Shown piece by piece: positions 52,301 through 64,000 of a stretch of DNA of 64,000 bases. The stretch's first letter is position 1. The number at the start of each line of letters is the position of its first letter. The notes under the pieces are model-generated. The model made no database searches, was not told where the DNA came from, and saw nothing but the letters and a program-made list of their open reading frames with translations. This DNA comes from Owenia fusiformis (Eukaryota), in NCBI GenBank assembly GCA_903813345.2, contig CAIIXF020000001.1, positions 21,638,001 through 21,702,000 of the forward strand, given 5' to 3'. The position numbers and the translations under genes are program-made.

Positions 52301-55300
52301 GCAAGAAATAAAGGATTAACAATATTTTCAGCTAAAAATTTATATAAGATATATTTACAAGAGCTAGACTTGCTTAATATTGGTAATAGGGATAAACATA
52401 AAAGGAATGGAGATGAGTTTATAGTACGTTTCAAAAGATTGTTTCAATTTTACAGTATTTTTTGCGGTTATAATTCCATTTCATGCTCATATTCTAAGTC
52501 AAACATTTCTGACTTTATTTCAGGATTATACTATCATTTAAAGGTTACGTAAGAAAAAAATAAAATGATGACATCTCATAATATATTGGATATTTTAACT
52601 AAAACTTCTATATTTGATCAGCTTGTTCAATCAGCCTCTCTTGTATTAAAAATTGACCAGATTTCAAAAAATTATCAAACAGGAAAATAACTGCATATTT
52701 TTTATGCACAATTGCAGAAAACCCTGTCTTAGTGAACACCTCTCTCAAGTGAACACCTATGCCTAATGAACACCTCTTCTCACATATACTCTATCACATT
52801 CTGTATAAGTTGCCTCTCTAGTGAACACCTAGCTATAGTGAACACCTACCTATAGTGAACACATTTTTTGTGGCTCCATAGTTGTTCACTATACACAGGT
52901 TTTACTGTACAGTATTTGCAAAGGTAGCTATAGCTGAGTGGTCATATCATATCTAATACTTGTCCGCTTTATCTTCTACTTGTCCAAGAGATCAAATAGA
53001 ACAACTTACAAGTACAAATAGCATCATCAAGTGGAGTATGTTTATACTCTATTTATCTTAAATCTCTAATTATTCAGTAATTTATAGCTCTGATTATCCT
53101 GGGAGAAGATCTAGCTTAGTCATTATCTTAATTATGAAACTTCATTATCTGCATTAACTCTGTTTACTTAAGACTTAATTGAAGACAAAAACATAGGGCT
53201 GATTCTTAAGCTGACATCAAAGGAAAATATTGGCAAATAAGTTCTATGGTGAGCCAGATCACATTTTTCATGTTTCTTTGTTTATCTTGACCCTTTGTTA
53301 ATCTTGACCCTAACAAGTTTGATTTTTTTTCAATATTAGATACTTCACACTGGCGTATCTGGGGAAGGAGCCCAGGCTCCCCCCCCCCTTTGGGTAGGCC
53401 CAGAAACAAAAAATTGGGCCCACAAAATTTTGATGTTTTTTTTTAATTCAATAAAAACATTCTTCATTGATTGTCTATAGCTTTACAGTGGACATTATAA
53501 TCTGTTCTCTAGTGGGGTTGTCATAGTTGTTGTTGTATACCATCACCTGTTCAGTTGGAGGTTGTTGGCACTCGTCCTTTATATCAGTAGGTTGGAGGTT
53601 TGTGAGGGGAGTGACTTATTACAATGTAGATGTTCTATTAATGTAATACTGCCCTCCAGGAGTCTAAGATTTCTGGCTTTGAAGACTAATTGAATCTCCC
53701 AAAGAGTTAATCTGGTTTTGTGATTTGTTTAAAGTTGGATTAAGCCACAGGGTTGTTATGTAAGGTAGGGGTGAGCTAATTAACTCTTGCAAAGTATATT
53801 TACTTCATTATCATAGCATAGATCAACTGCAAATTAACTATTGTGTAACAGAGTCTGATCTTCTGTGATTCTGTGAGATGGAGATTAGTGTAAGTTAATT
53901 AGAGTAGTCATGTCATGATTATGAGGATAGAATTAATGGACCCATTGGTTTAAAGATAAATTTGATGTATGAGGTGCTCGGCAAGGGACTTTACTGAAGA
54001 TATGAAGATCTTTCACTGAAACTACTTGATGGATGATTTTGTCTCTATGACTTTAGGTCTTTATTTCTGGTTTCTTTTGAAAGACACTCATAATAGTCTT
54101 GTATGAATTCTTTGATTCTACTATCTACTTGTCTTCAGAGGATTTGAAGTGTATTGGGGAGTTGTATGAGGGAGTCACGACATTGTGAAACTCATCACAT
54201 CTTTCTGTTTTTCCAACGAGGAATTTTAAATGAGGAACTGATGGAATGTTTTGGTCTCTCAGGCCCATAGCCAGGGGAGGCTCAAGGGTTCAAGTGAACC
54301 TGGCCTTAATTCTTTTAAAATCATGCAGTTTTTCACCATTCTGATCACTTTTCAAGTGATATTGGCCATTTTTTCCGGCAATCCCGGCCACTGGCCTGTC
54401 TCTCGCAATGAGTTACAAAGGGGTACAAGCAGGACTCAGCACACAGATTGTTGTCCATCAAAAATTTACGAAATAGAAATTGCATATCATATTAACCAAT
54501 GGTCGTATCTGTTTATAAGGCCAGTCTTTATTGGTAATATACTCAATTGGGCGTAGCTCCTACTTTTACCTTGCTTTCTAGAAATCATATTTTTTCATCA
54601 AAATATCATTTTTCTTAATATACAGCTTTAACATATGAGCCAAGCAATAAGTGCCATTTTTTAATTGATTCTATAAATTTGTATATAGAACTGCGCTAAA
54701 TGTTGATCAAACATTAATTGTTGTATAAAGTAATGAAATTCAAAACCTTTGCGTAATCACGTGTCAATACTTATACATAATTGAGATCGTTTTTTCAAAT
54801 ATTTTTTAGAAGCTTGGTCCTGAGAATATGTCAACGTGCCCTATTTGTAGGTTACAGTGTTTTGTTTTTCTACCACATCAGTATATAATATACTTTATGA
54901 AAGAGTTCCATGTTAGAGCAAAAAACAATGAACAAGTAACACCAACAACATGTTTTTGATTTTCTCTTTGTTTGTGAAACTCATAAAAATGCGATAGCTG
55001 ATACTGCCATAAATGGTCCATATTGTCTGAATGAGATACATCTTAAGTTGGATAAGATTTCAAGCCATTCCTTGATTCCTCTGTTGATATGATATGATCC
55101 AGTCGAAGATAATGTCAAACTGGTACTTGTACTATATCAATATGCTCTATTTTAGTGTACTGTATACCCATTAGTTGGTTAACTTTATTTTCATAAAATA
55201 ACTGCATATGTCTCAATCCTGGTGACTGGCAGGATTGAGGCAAATATCATACTTCAGGATGTTACAATTTGAAAGGGTATTCCTTTGAATTTACCTTTTG

Positions 55301-58300
55301 CATTCATTTGACTTTTGCTTCTTAAAAGAGATCTTCATTTGTAACTAAACTCAGTCAGTCTTGGGGTATTTTGAATTAAGACTTCACTCATATAGAAGAA
55401 TAGCTTAATTGTTCATATTATAAAAGCAATATATTTCTGATAAAAATAATTTATTGTTTCCATTGTTCAACATTAACTACCCAACCTGAGTCTGATATGG
55501 TATATACTTACTGCCTTCTTTTGAAATATTTAGTAACTTTACACATCCTTTGAGAGGAGTATACTTGGAGAATTCTGCCAGACCAGAGTTGCTTTCAACA
55601 GTTGATTAGCTATTTCTTCTCAGTTTGCCTGGGGATGAAATTGACTTTAGGATTCAAACGTGAAACATAGTACTTTGTAGTATCTAGCCATTTCAAAACA
55701 ACTATAGCACTTCTAAGGATTACTAAAAACAAGTAAGTGAAATACAGGAGAGTTGAGATAATTGTAATATCAGGTATAAGAGAATACAAGTAAAAATATA
55801 AGGAAATTATCAGAGATGGAGAATGAACACAAATAGAGAATTCCCAGATACAATTATCAATTATATATTAGTACATGTATAGGAAAGTATAACATATTTG
55901 TTTTTAAATTTTTCAGATTTTTTTCATGAATAAAGGAATGTACGTAGTTTGAAGTAAGTTGATGACCTGCAACAGCGCACAATTATGTCAATGCAATTTA
56001 GCCTCAGTATCTTTCTATAAAGCTTGTGGTTTGTTAGATATTTTGTCTGTCCAGATCTCCTCCGAGATAGACTTATTTAACTAACATTGGGGGAGAGGGG
56101 GGGCTAAAAGGTAAAAATTTGTCTTAAGTACCCCGCCTTATCAATATTTTAAATTGTTTATTAGAGTCATAGGGTCACCACGTGCACATTTAAAATCTAA
56201 GGTGTTCCAATTGATTTAACATTCAGTAAATGTAAATTGATTATAGAAACTGTTTCTTACGCTTGACTGGACTAGCCTAGTAGTATATATACAAATAGAC
56301 AACTCAAAGCTTTTTTCTCAGTCTACCTGCTGATAAATTAAGCTTCTTGTCTACTGGTTTCCATTGACCATGAGGTAATCTTTTTTTAACGAAGCTTAAC
56401 TACTTTGTTAACTGGGGATAAGTGTTTTGTTCATCATTCTCATAAAGCAGGCACTGTATTGGGAGAAATAATTGAGGATTTACAGCACTGAAAGATACTG
56501 TATCTGAAATATAGTTAAGTAAGTGCCGTTGTTCATCTTGGTTCAAAATGGGATGTTAGATTTGAACCATCTTATACAGTTTAGGAAATAGCTATTATAG
56601 TCATTCATACAAGCTTAATGACTGCTCAGGTCATGTTTTTTGCAAATGTTTTTTAGCATTTATACAGGACTTTTTCAGATTTAAAAGGATTTGATTCAGT
56701 CACTGGCTGAGAAAACTTCTATAGAGGAATTTAATCATACAGTACATGTTTTGGAAAGACAGACGAGCAAATAGACCACTTTGTTAAGTTTTTTGAGGAA
56801 ACATTTTTCTTTTATATTTTCAGGGAACTAATGAGTTTGCCAAAGAAATGTAAGGAATATCAATAGGAATAAAAATGTAAGTTAACATTTATTTAAATAA
56901 ATTTGGTATATTCAATCAGTCAATCATTCGGTCATCCAGTCATTTAGTGTGTCATGTTATAGCTACAACTCTGGATAACTGTCACCAAAACATCTAATCT
57001 AATCACACGACAAAGAAAAAGTTGAGCTCAGGATGTTTGGTATGAAATTAAAAGTGTATTTAGTGTATGATGTAAATATGATGTTGGGATTGTCATCTTA
57101 TCAATTATTTTAAGAAATAATACTGTAGATGAATTAGTGCCATGGTGTCATTAATTTATTAATTTATGTATGATGTTATAGTTTATGTGTGAGTAAGAAA
57201 TATGATTACTTTTTTCAACATATATCTCCCAGCATTAAAGCAAGTGGGTGCCGCACTCTCCTGAGATTTTAAAAACAGGCTTGCACGACTGACTTGAAAA
57301 TCCATTTGCACCCACTTGAAAATGAGAAAAATCATGAAAAATGGTCATATTTTGATCAATTTTGCTCTGAACTGTGAAAATGAAAATTTTGCACACACTT
57401 GAGAAAAAATCCTGTGGAGAACACAGAATTCTGTATTCAGTATCAACTTAAGTGTCCCATCTGAAAAGTAAAACTGGTGTCTCATGTTTAACTAATTACT
57501 CTTGAGGTGTCTTGTATGAAAAATCTCCATATGTAGATCTAACGTGAAAAGCAAGTACTCATGGCCCCTATGCTCAAACAGTGAACTGTTACTTCATTAA
57601 TTTTGTACAGGAAAAAACATAGTGCCACTTTTTATCCAAATTCCTTGAGTAGTTGTCAAAAGCTGTTAATTCGTAAGGAATTTTTAGAGGATACTCTTTA
57701 TTATGCCCATAGCAAATTATAAACTTCATATGAATATATGGAAAATATGATCAACAATTTCTCAAACTGTGAGAGGACCAAAGAAACTGCAATTATAAGT
57801 CAATTATCTATCATTGAAAACTTGAAATGAATGCTTATGAAAAATTGTTTTCAGCCAAAAATAAATAACTAAATAACCGATCGTAATCGAGAATTTTTAA
57901 TACATGTATACTGTACATTAATTTGATTGGAATCTAAAATTCATAGTGTCAAATATTTGGCTTCCTTCAACTTTAACACTATACAACATTTTTGCAGGGG
58001 ATTTAAGAGTTGTGATAATATCCAGATTATCTCCGCTGACAGGATTTCTCTAGCCTAAGGTCATTCCAACTCTAGTAATCAAAATCTATGGATAATAAAC
58101 TTAGAAATATTTCCGCTATCAGATAAGTGTCTGGAGTTTTGCCACTTATAAGATGTAAACTTGCAAGAAATGTATACAATCGTCTGACCACAGATATAGC
58201 TGGATTTTCAAAGAACGATTTTTTTCTGTTTGTTATTTACATACTAAATCATTCATTATAAATAATTAATCTGAACCAAGAAACCAGGGAATGTAGTTCA

Positions 58301-58400
58301 GTCACTCTACGATTATCTTACAATGGGAGGCTTGTAACAAATGCTATAGTGCATGTAGGATATCTTTGCATCATATTTTCAGGTAAGAGGGGTGGATATA

Positions 58401-58957
58401 TAGAGGTTATTTAATGAGAGGGATGGAATATGAATTTTATTTCGAGGGAAAATGTGAAATATTGGACCTTGGGTCTTTGGCCCTCGGTCCAATATTTCAT
58501 TGTATTGCCCTTCGAAATGACTTTATTGTACTATTGAGACTCTCGGGCTGTCACCCTTGGTCAATATGATATTTTCCTCAATATTACATTTACCCACGAG
58601 ATAAAATTTATATTTTATCCCTTCCATTAAATAACCTCTATTTATTACATGATAACATCTTTTCCCAGGGAAATATACTCGGAATAGAATTGATATTTAA
58701 AAAAATCCTGTATCAGTCAAAATCCTGTAACAGATCCCATATTGGATCACGTATCAGCCAAAATCCAATATCAGAACTGTTGTGGAATCAATAGGTTATT
58801 GACGATTGTGATAGAATATGAATTTTTTCCTTGAGAAAACATGATATTGGTCTCGGAAGTTATATTGACACTCAGGCTATGACCATTTATCAATATGATA
58901 CTTTCTCTCAGAATAAAATTCATATTCCATCCCTCCCATTAAATAAATAACCTCTAT
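58401..58957. mobile_element. Two adjacent copies of a palindromic MITE-like element (tagaggttatttaatg...cattaaataacctcta)
   Basis: Inverted termini at 58401/58640, internal hairpin aaatattggacc...ggtccaatattt, second degenerate copy at ~58790-58957. Confidence 0.65.
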
Positions 58958-61900
58958 ATTTTCTATTTGAGTTAGAAAACTTGTTATTTGGAATATTCTT
59001 TCTATTGAATAGTGGTCTGCATTAGTTTGATTAACTAATCGTGATCAATACTGCTTTCCATTGATTAGATTTTCTTGACATTATTCTCTTGAGTGATAGA
59101 GAGCACAAAGTATTCAGAAAGTGTCTCCAGAGACTCATTTCATTTCTTAAACAAGATCAGCATTTTGCTATACTTCAATCAGATACTCTCATGTCATTGA
59201 TCACTCATGGATTGTTTCTTCATTCCCTACGCATTCGTTCGACTCTGTTTCTTGAAGGAGAGCTTCATTTTCATAGTTTATAGGACCAAAATTGATTGTA
59301 AGCAAGAAGTGGTCACAGGTTAAGATGACCTTTCCAGAGGAAGTAGTTTGTTATATCTCCATGAACAATATGTTTCTTTTGACAGAAGTGTTAATTTACC
59401 ATATTGTCTTAATTATGACATCTGTTCTTTCTGTTCGTATTCCCCTTGCATTGATTTAATCAGGGAAATGAAGTAATCAGGCCACAATTTGAAATAATCC
59501 ACTCGGAATAGCATCAGTTACCCTTTGCACTTCACTTCTTAAAAGAGGGCTTCGTCTTCATAGTTAATAACTAGACTCTGTGTACAGGGTAAACATAAGC
59601 AGAATTTGAAACCGAGAGATACATACATCCTCTGAATGCAGAGCTACAGAACTCATTCGTCCTTTTCCAAAAGAAAGTAACATTGGGTCTTGGATCCCTT
59701 TGGTCAGAAGATATATACAAAACCAGGCACTTGAGATTTGACTGAATACTCCTTCATACAAACCAAAAATCTCATACAAATCTGTATATAATCCACAAAG
59801 GCACCATTGAGGCTTGATTGCTGAGGAGAATCGGTCAGCCATAACTGAGAAGTTGTCAGTAGAAATCAACTATCAACACACAGACCTTAACACATCACTG
59901 TGATTTGTTGTTATACCTTCAAACAGAGCAGAAATGAGGAACTAACTGTTCCTTTCAAATTAGACCGGACATAAGTGTAAATAAGGTTATTTGAGTAACA
60001 TTTTAAGATTAATAAAATTGATTTTGAAAATTTTGATCTTACTTCATGTAAACGGGGCTCTATACTAGTTGAAGGCATAATAAGATCAATTAATGATCTT
60101 GTGATATCTTCACAGTGAAAGTAAATGTTACAGTAAATCCAATATTGATTTTTCTAGATTTGTTTTTTGAAGTCAGAGATATGAATCCGTAAATCACAGT
60201 CACCTTTCCAATTCTATCTTTTCATTTTAAGCATCCCAGAAGATAGATTGATCTTTTTCCTGACTTTGATATATGGAAGAACATTGTGTTTAATGTTTAA
60301 ACTAATTGTAAGACCTAAAAATATTGTCTTAAGACAGAAAGTTATGTTTTCCCACAGCTGGTAAATTTCTGACAGGTGGACTGTCTTGTAGAAGAAGTGT
60401 TGAAATGTTACTAATCCTGTAATCCTATAAATGAATGGCTAAAAATGTAGAAGCATCGCCAAATGTTACCATACACATCAAAAAATATTTAAATATATTA
60501 CATTACAATGTTATTTTCCTTGCAATTTATGAAATTACATTTTATGAATGCCATGTTGACCTTTGTATTCCAATATCTGTATTAACATGGGATTGATTAG
60601 GATTACATAACAGACCTATAGATATGTCAAGAAGACCTCTTATATTAATTTTAGAGTTTTTATCAAGAGTTCAGGACTTTTAATAAAAGTGCTGACATTT
60701 TCTAAATAGTAAATGTCAGTATGAGATTAATGTGCGTTTTAAATGCCACACAAATGTGAGCTAATATTTCTCTTTTATATGAGAGGTTTCATCCCAAGAA
60801 AATTTCGCTCATCACACGAGGTGTGGACCTGCACGTAAACTCAGAGAGGGTCCATTATTCACCAATTGAGTGCTAGGTTACATGGGATTGATTACTCTCC
60901 CCTGTTAACATAAGCTTTAAAAATCAGAAAGATGTTCTCACTTTTGACAGTTATGTTCCTACTGGTATGACTCATTCAGACAATTTGTAAAAACATTGAC
61001 ATACTGAGCCCATTACTTTTTCCCATGTTTTCTTTGAAATGCAAGATATTTTCCACCATAATTGACACAGTGTGTTGGAGGCATCATTCAACTTAAAAAT
61101 CAGTTACTTCATTAAGACAGTCTAGAGTTTCTTTGATTGCTTCATTTTTGTTTTTATGAGTGCCTGATTGATATCTTCATATTGTATTATTATAAGTATG
61201 GTAGATTACTTTTAAGTTATAATCTAGTGTCTTGTTTTTTGAGAATCAAATATTGAAACTAAAAACCTCGAGATATGACATATCAAATTTTGTGATGTAT
61301 AATTACTGGTCCATTCAACAATGACCAGTAGATTTTTTTCATGGTCATGGACTAGCACAGGCGAAGCCATGAGGGGGGGGGAGTCAATGGGTGTGAACAT
61401 ACCCCCCCCCCATATTAAATAGAACCATTAGATAGAAGAAAAGAGCTTTAAAATTCAAAACAAATCTTAAAAACAATTTTTTGGTTCGTATATGCAACGA
61501 TCTCACTGAAAACCGAATTTTTTTGGGTTGATCGCACCCCCCTGACTGAAAGCTGGCCATGCCCATGAATGGCAGGTCTATCTTACATTAAACTGCTCTT
61601 TTATTTAATTAGTTGTTTGGAACAGTATGACTGGGTTCCTTCAGGTGTAAGCTGATATCAGTACTATATCTGTCATTCACGTGAAAACTGATCCCACTTA
61701 CATCATTTATATTAGGTTCTAGTGAGTCTGTTGAAGTGTCAGATGTATTTTAATCCTCAAATCCTGGTATATTACTTATCATCATGTACCCTGTGGCCTG
61801 CTTGATGATTTAAACAGAATAGGAATTAATCCTGTAAAATATAAATTATTTCTTTCAAAAAGATTTTATATAGCCAGGGTGAGTTAATTTATTGATATGA

Positions 61901-62630
61901 TTCTCCCCCTCCCAAATCTCTCACAACCCCTATTGAGTTTGTGTAACCCGACTTTTCACATAGAGTGTCCAAAAATTGTATTGTATGATATTATTTTATT
62001 TGTTTCTAGTTTTTGTATAATTAATGTTTACAATGACATGGAAGAGACACATGAGATAAATGTTGAGTGTAAAGGTTTCATGTTATGAAACATGAAATAT
62101 CATAGTACTGCACTATATAAAGTTTGAACAGTCAAAATAAGAAAAACACGGCAACACATTCTTCTTTCTTAGACATCTGTTTAATAACTAGGTGAGTGGT
62201 GAAACTTATTTCGGACCATTTCTGTTTTTATCTTTAACCAATAGAAATAAAAATGGTTAAACCCCCCGCATATTTCTTTTAGTAAACTAATGAAAAATCC
62301 TAAATATATAGGTTTGTCTCCTTAATGATTATCAGTTTAAAAGGCAAGAATCAAAACCTTAAATGTTCAAAAAAGATGGCTGAAATTTGATTTTTACCTG
62401 ATTATCTCTTTAGAGCTTGTAAAAAAATTGGTTTAATAATGTGCTTCATCTTTCTTATATACAAATTTTAGGGACTGTGACTTAAAATTTTTTTTTTCAA
62501 AAACATAAAAAATGTTGCAGCAATGTTCTGTGTTGGTCATATAGTCCACTGCCAGTTCCATCCATAGTATCAATCCAGTGATAAACACAGATTAGTTCTA
62601 GCTTGCATTCTGATACTCATAGCATCTTTC

Positions 62631-63104
62631 TTTATCACATGCTCTGTAAAATTCCAGTAATCTGATTGGTTGATTACCGTGTGAGTTTTCCCGTCTCACA
62701 CGGCCGTCTCACACGTTACTAGAGGCAACCAGTGATGATCAATAGCAACGATGTGACGTCACTGATTATATCACTTCTAGCTAAGGAAAACAATATGACG
62801 TCATACTATTTCACAAACAAGTACGAATACAACGGTATGACGTCATATTGTTTCAAAGCGAAATCAAAAATTATAGTAGTTACCAGAAGTACTGAACACA
62901 ATCATAACTGACCAAATCAAAATGCTTCAAAATTCCTAGACATGTGATAAAATCGTCATCACACGTTTCAGCTTATGTGATACAGGAAATATTCCACTCG
63001 GGTAACAATGTATCACCACTCAAGCTTCGCTTTCGTGGATGATACAGTATTACCTTTCGTGGAATATTTCCTGTATCACATGCTTAAACGTGTGATAACT
63101 GATA
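62631..63104. mobile_element. Non-autonomous element with an IR-bounded segment and a long terminal palindrome
   Basis: tttatcacatg...catgtgataaa bounds 62631-62951, followed by a ~145-bp imperfect hairpin (tgtgatacaggaaatattccac / gtggaatatttcctgtatcaca). Confidence 0.6.
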
Positions 63105-64000
63105 GTTTCACCTGAAGCAGTGCTGAGAAGAAATGAGATGACATTGTTTATCATGATGTCTAGCTTGTGGCAAAATTAAAAGATGTGATGAGTATCAGAA
63201 TGATGTTGGTCAGATATTTAACATATAACACACCAGCCAATGTTGTTTCTCTAAACAAACCTGCTTTATAAAGGACTTGCTAATTGTGCCCCTAAGAAAG
63301 TGTTATTGTTTCTGTAGAAGCAACAAATAATCTTACTGAAACACTACCTTGTTTATCTTTTATAACAACTGTTTCTGTTACACTTCTCTCCTGCTGTTAT
63401 ATACTTGACGGCTGTCAATATAAAAGAAAGAATTGTTTTTTGCAATTTCATTGGTAACTGGAGCAGGCCAGTGCATTCAAAGAAAACCAATAAAAAGGTA
63501 GTCTCTCATTAAGATCCTGTATTAACCCTCTACCTTCTCTAGATCTATCAAAGGCAATGGGGATACGGGGCCTCAGTGCCTTTGACCTAATACGAAATTC
63601 ATGTTCCTCTATCTGCTTTATTCTGTAAAGAACTCGCTCTTCAAAATGATGGCCTCAAAAAAAGTGATAAAATATGAAAACATAGTGAACTTGGAAGATC
63701 ATTTTAAGGTTTTCAGCACTTGCAGATTTTCTGAAAATGGCTGCATTTAATATCAGTTCAATGTAGGAGGTTCATATCTGCTTCAAGACAGTTAGCACTG
63801 AGTAGATTTCTCTCAAGTGACAATTAACCAGTGTGAGAACCTTTAAAAATAACATTCTAAGATAAAGAGTGTCAGAAAATCTGAAAATTCTCCAATGAAT
63901 AACATGGAGATATTTGATGAATTTGAAATGTTTTGGGATGAGAGTGGTTCTGTTCATTTTAGTGTTTTCATTCCTTTCAACGTATCAGGTGATTGGCATT

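Noticed and set aside
59089-59869. Short ORFs (64 and 101 aa) in a slightly GC-richer patch
   Set aside because: No recognisable motifs or consistent splice structure. It may be a decayed element but cannot be supported.

Overview
AT-rich, intron-rich animal genomic DNA. The repeat types suggest a lophotrochozoan such as a mollusc (inference). Three spliced protein-coding genes can be rebuilt by hand with consistent GT-AG phases. (1) A minus-strand ORP1L/OSBPL1A-like gene (ankyrin repeats plus PH domain), with 11 coding exons at 28176-21724; it continues past a >21 kb intron off the left edge. (2) A plus-strand ankyrin-repeat/SOCS-box (ASB-like) gene nested in that intron (18544-20754, 3 coding exons, about 501 aa). 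(3) A minus-strand RagC/RagD GTPase gene (41003-33674; the exon carrying the start codon was not located). The main finding is a diverged, intact tandem copy (39107-39243) of the Rag exon that encodes G3/switch II. It has the structure of a mutually exclusive exon: same splice phases, a 54-nt spacer intron, and a frameshift if both copies are included. It changes WDFPGQ to QEIPGQ. The rest of the window is non-autonomous DNA transposons (mariner remnant, MITEs, Helentron-type HINE/pearl-like elements), minisatellites and a ~1.04 kb tandem triplication. No coding exon could be supported in 49.4-64 kb.
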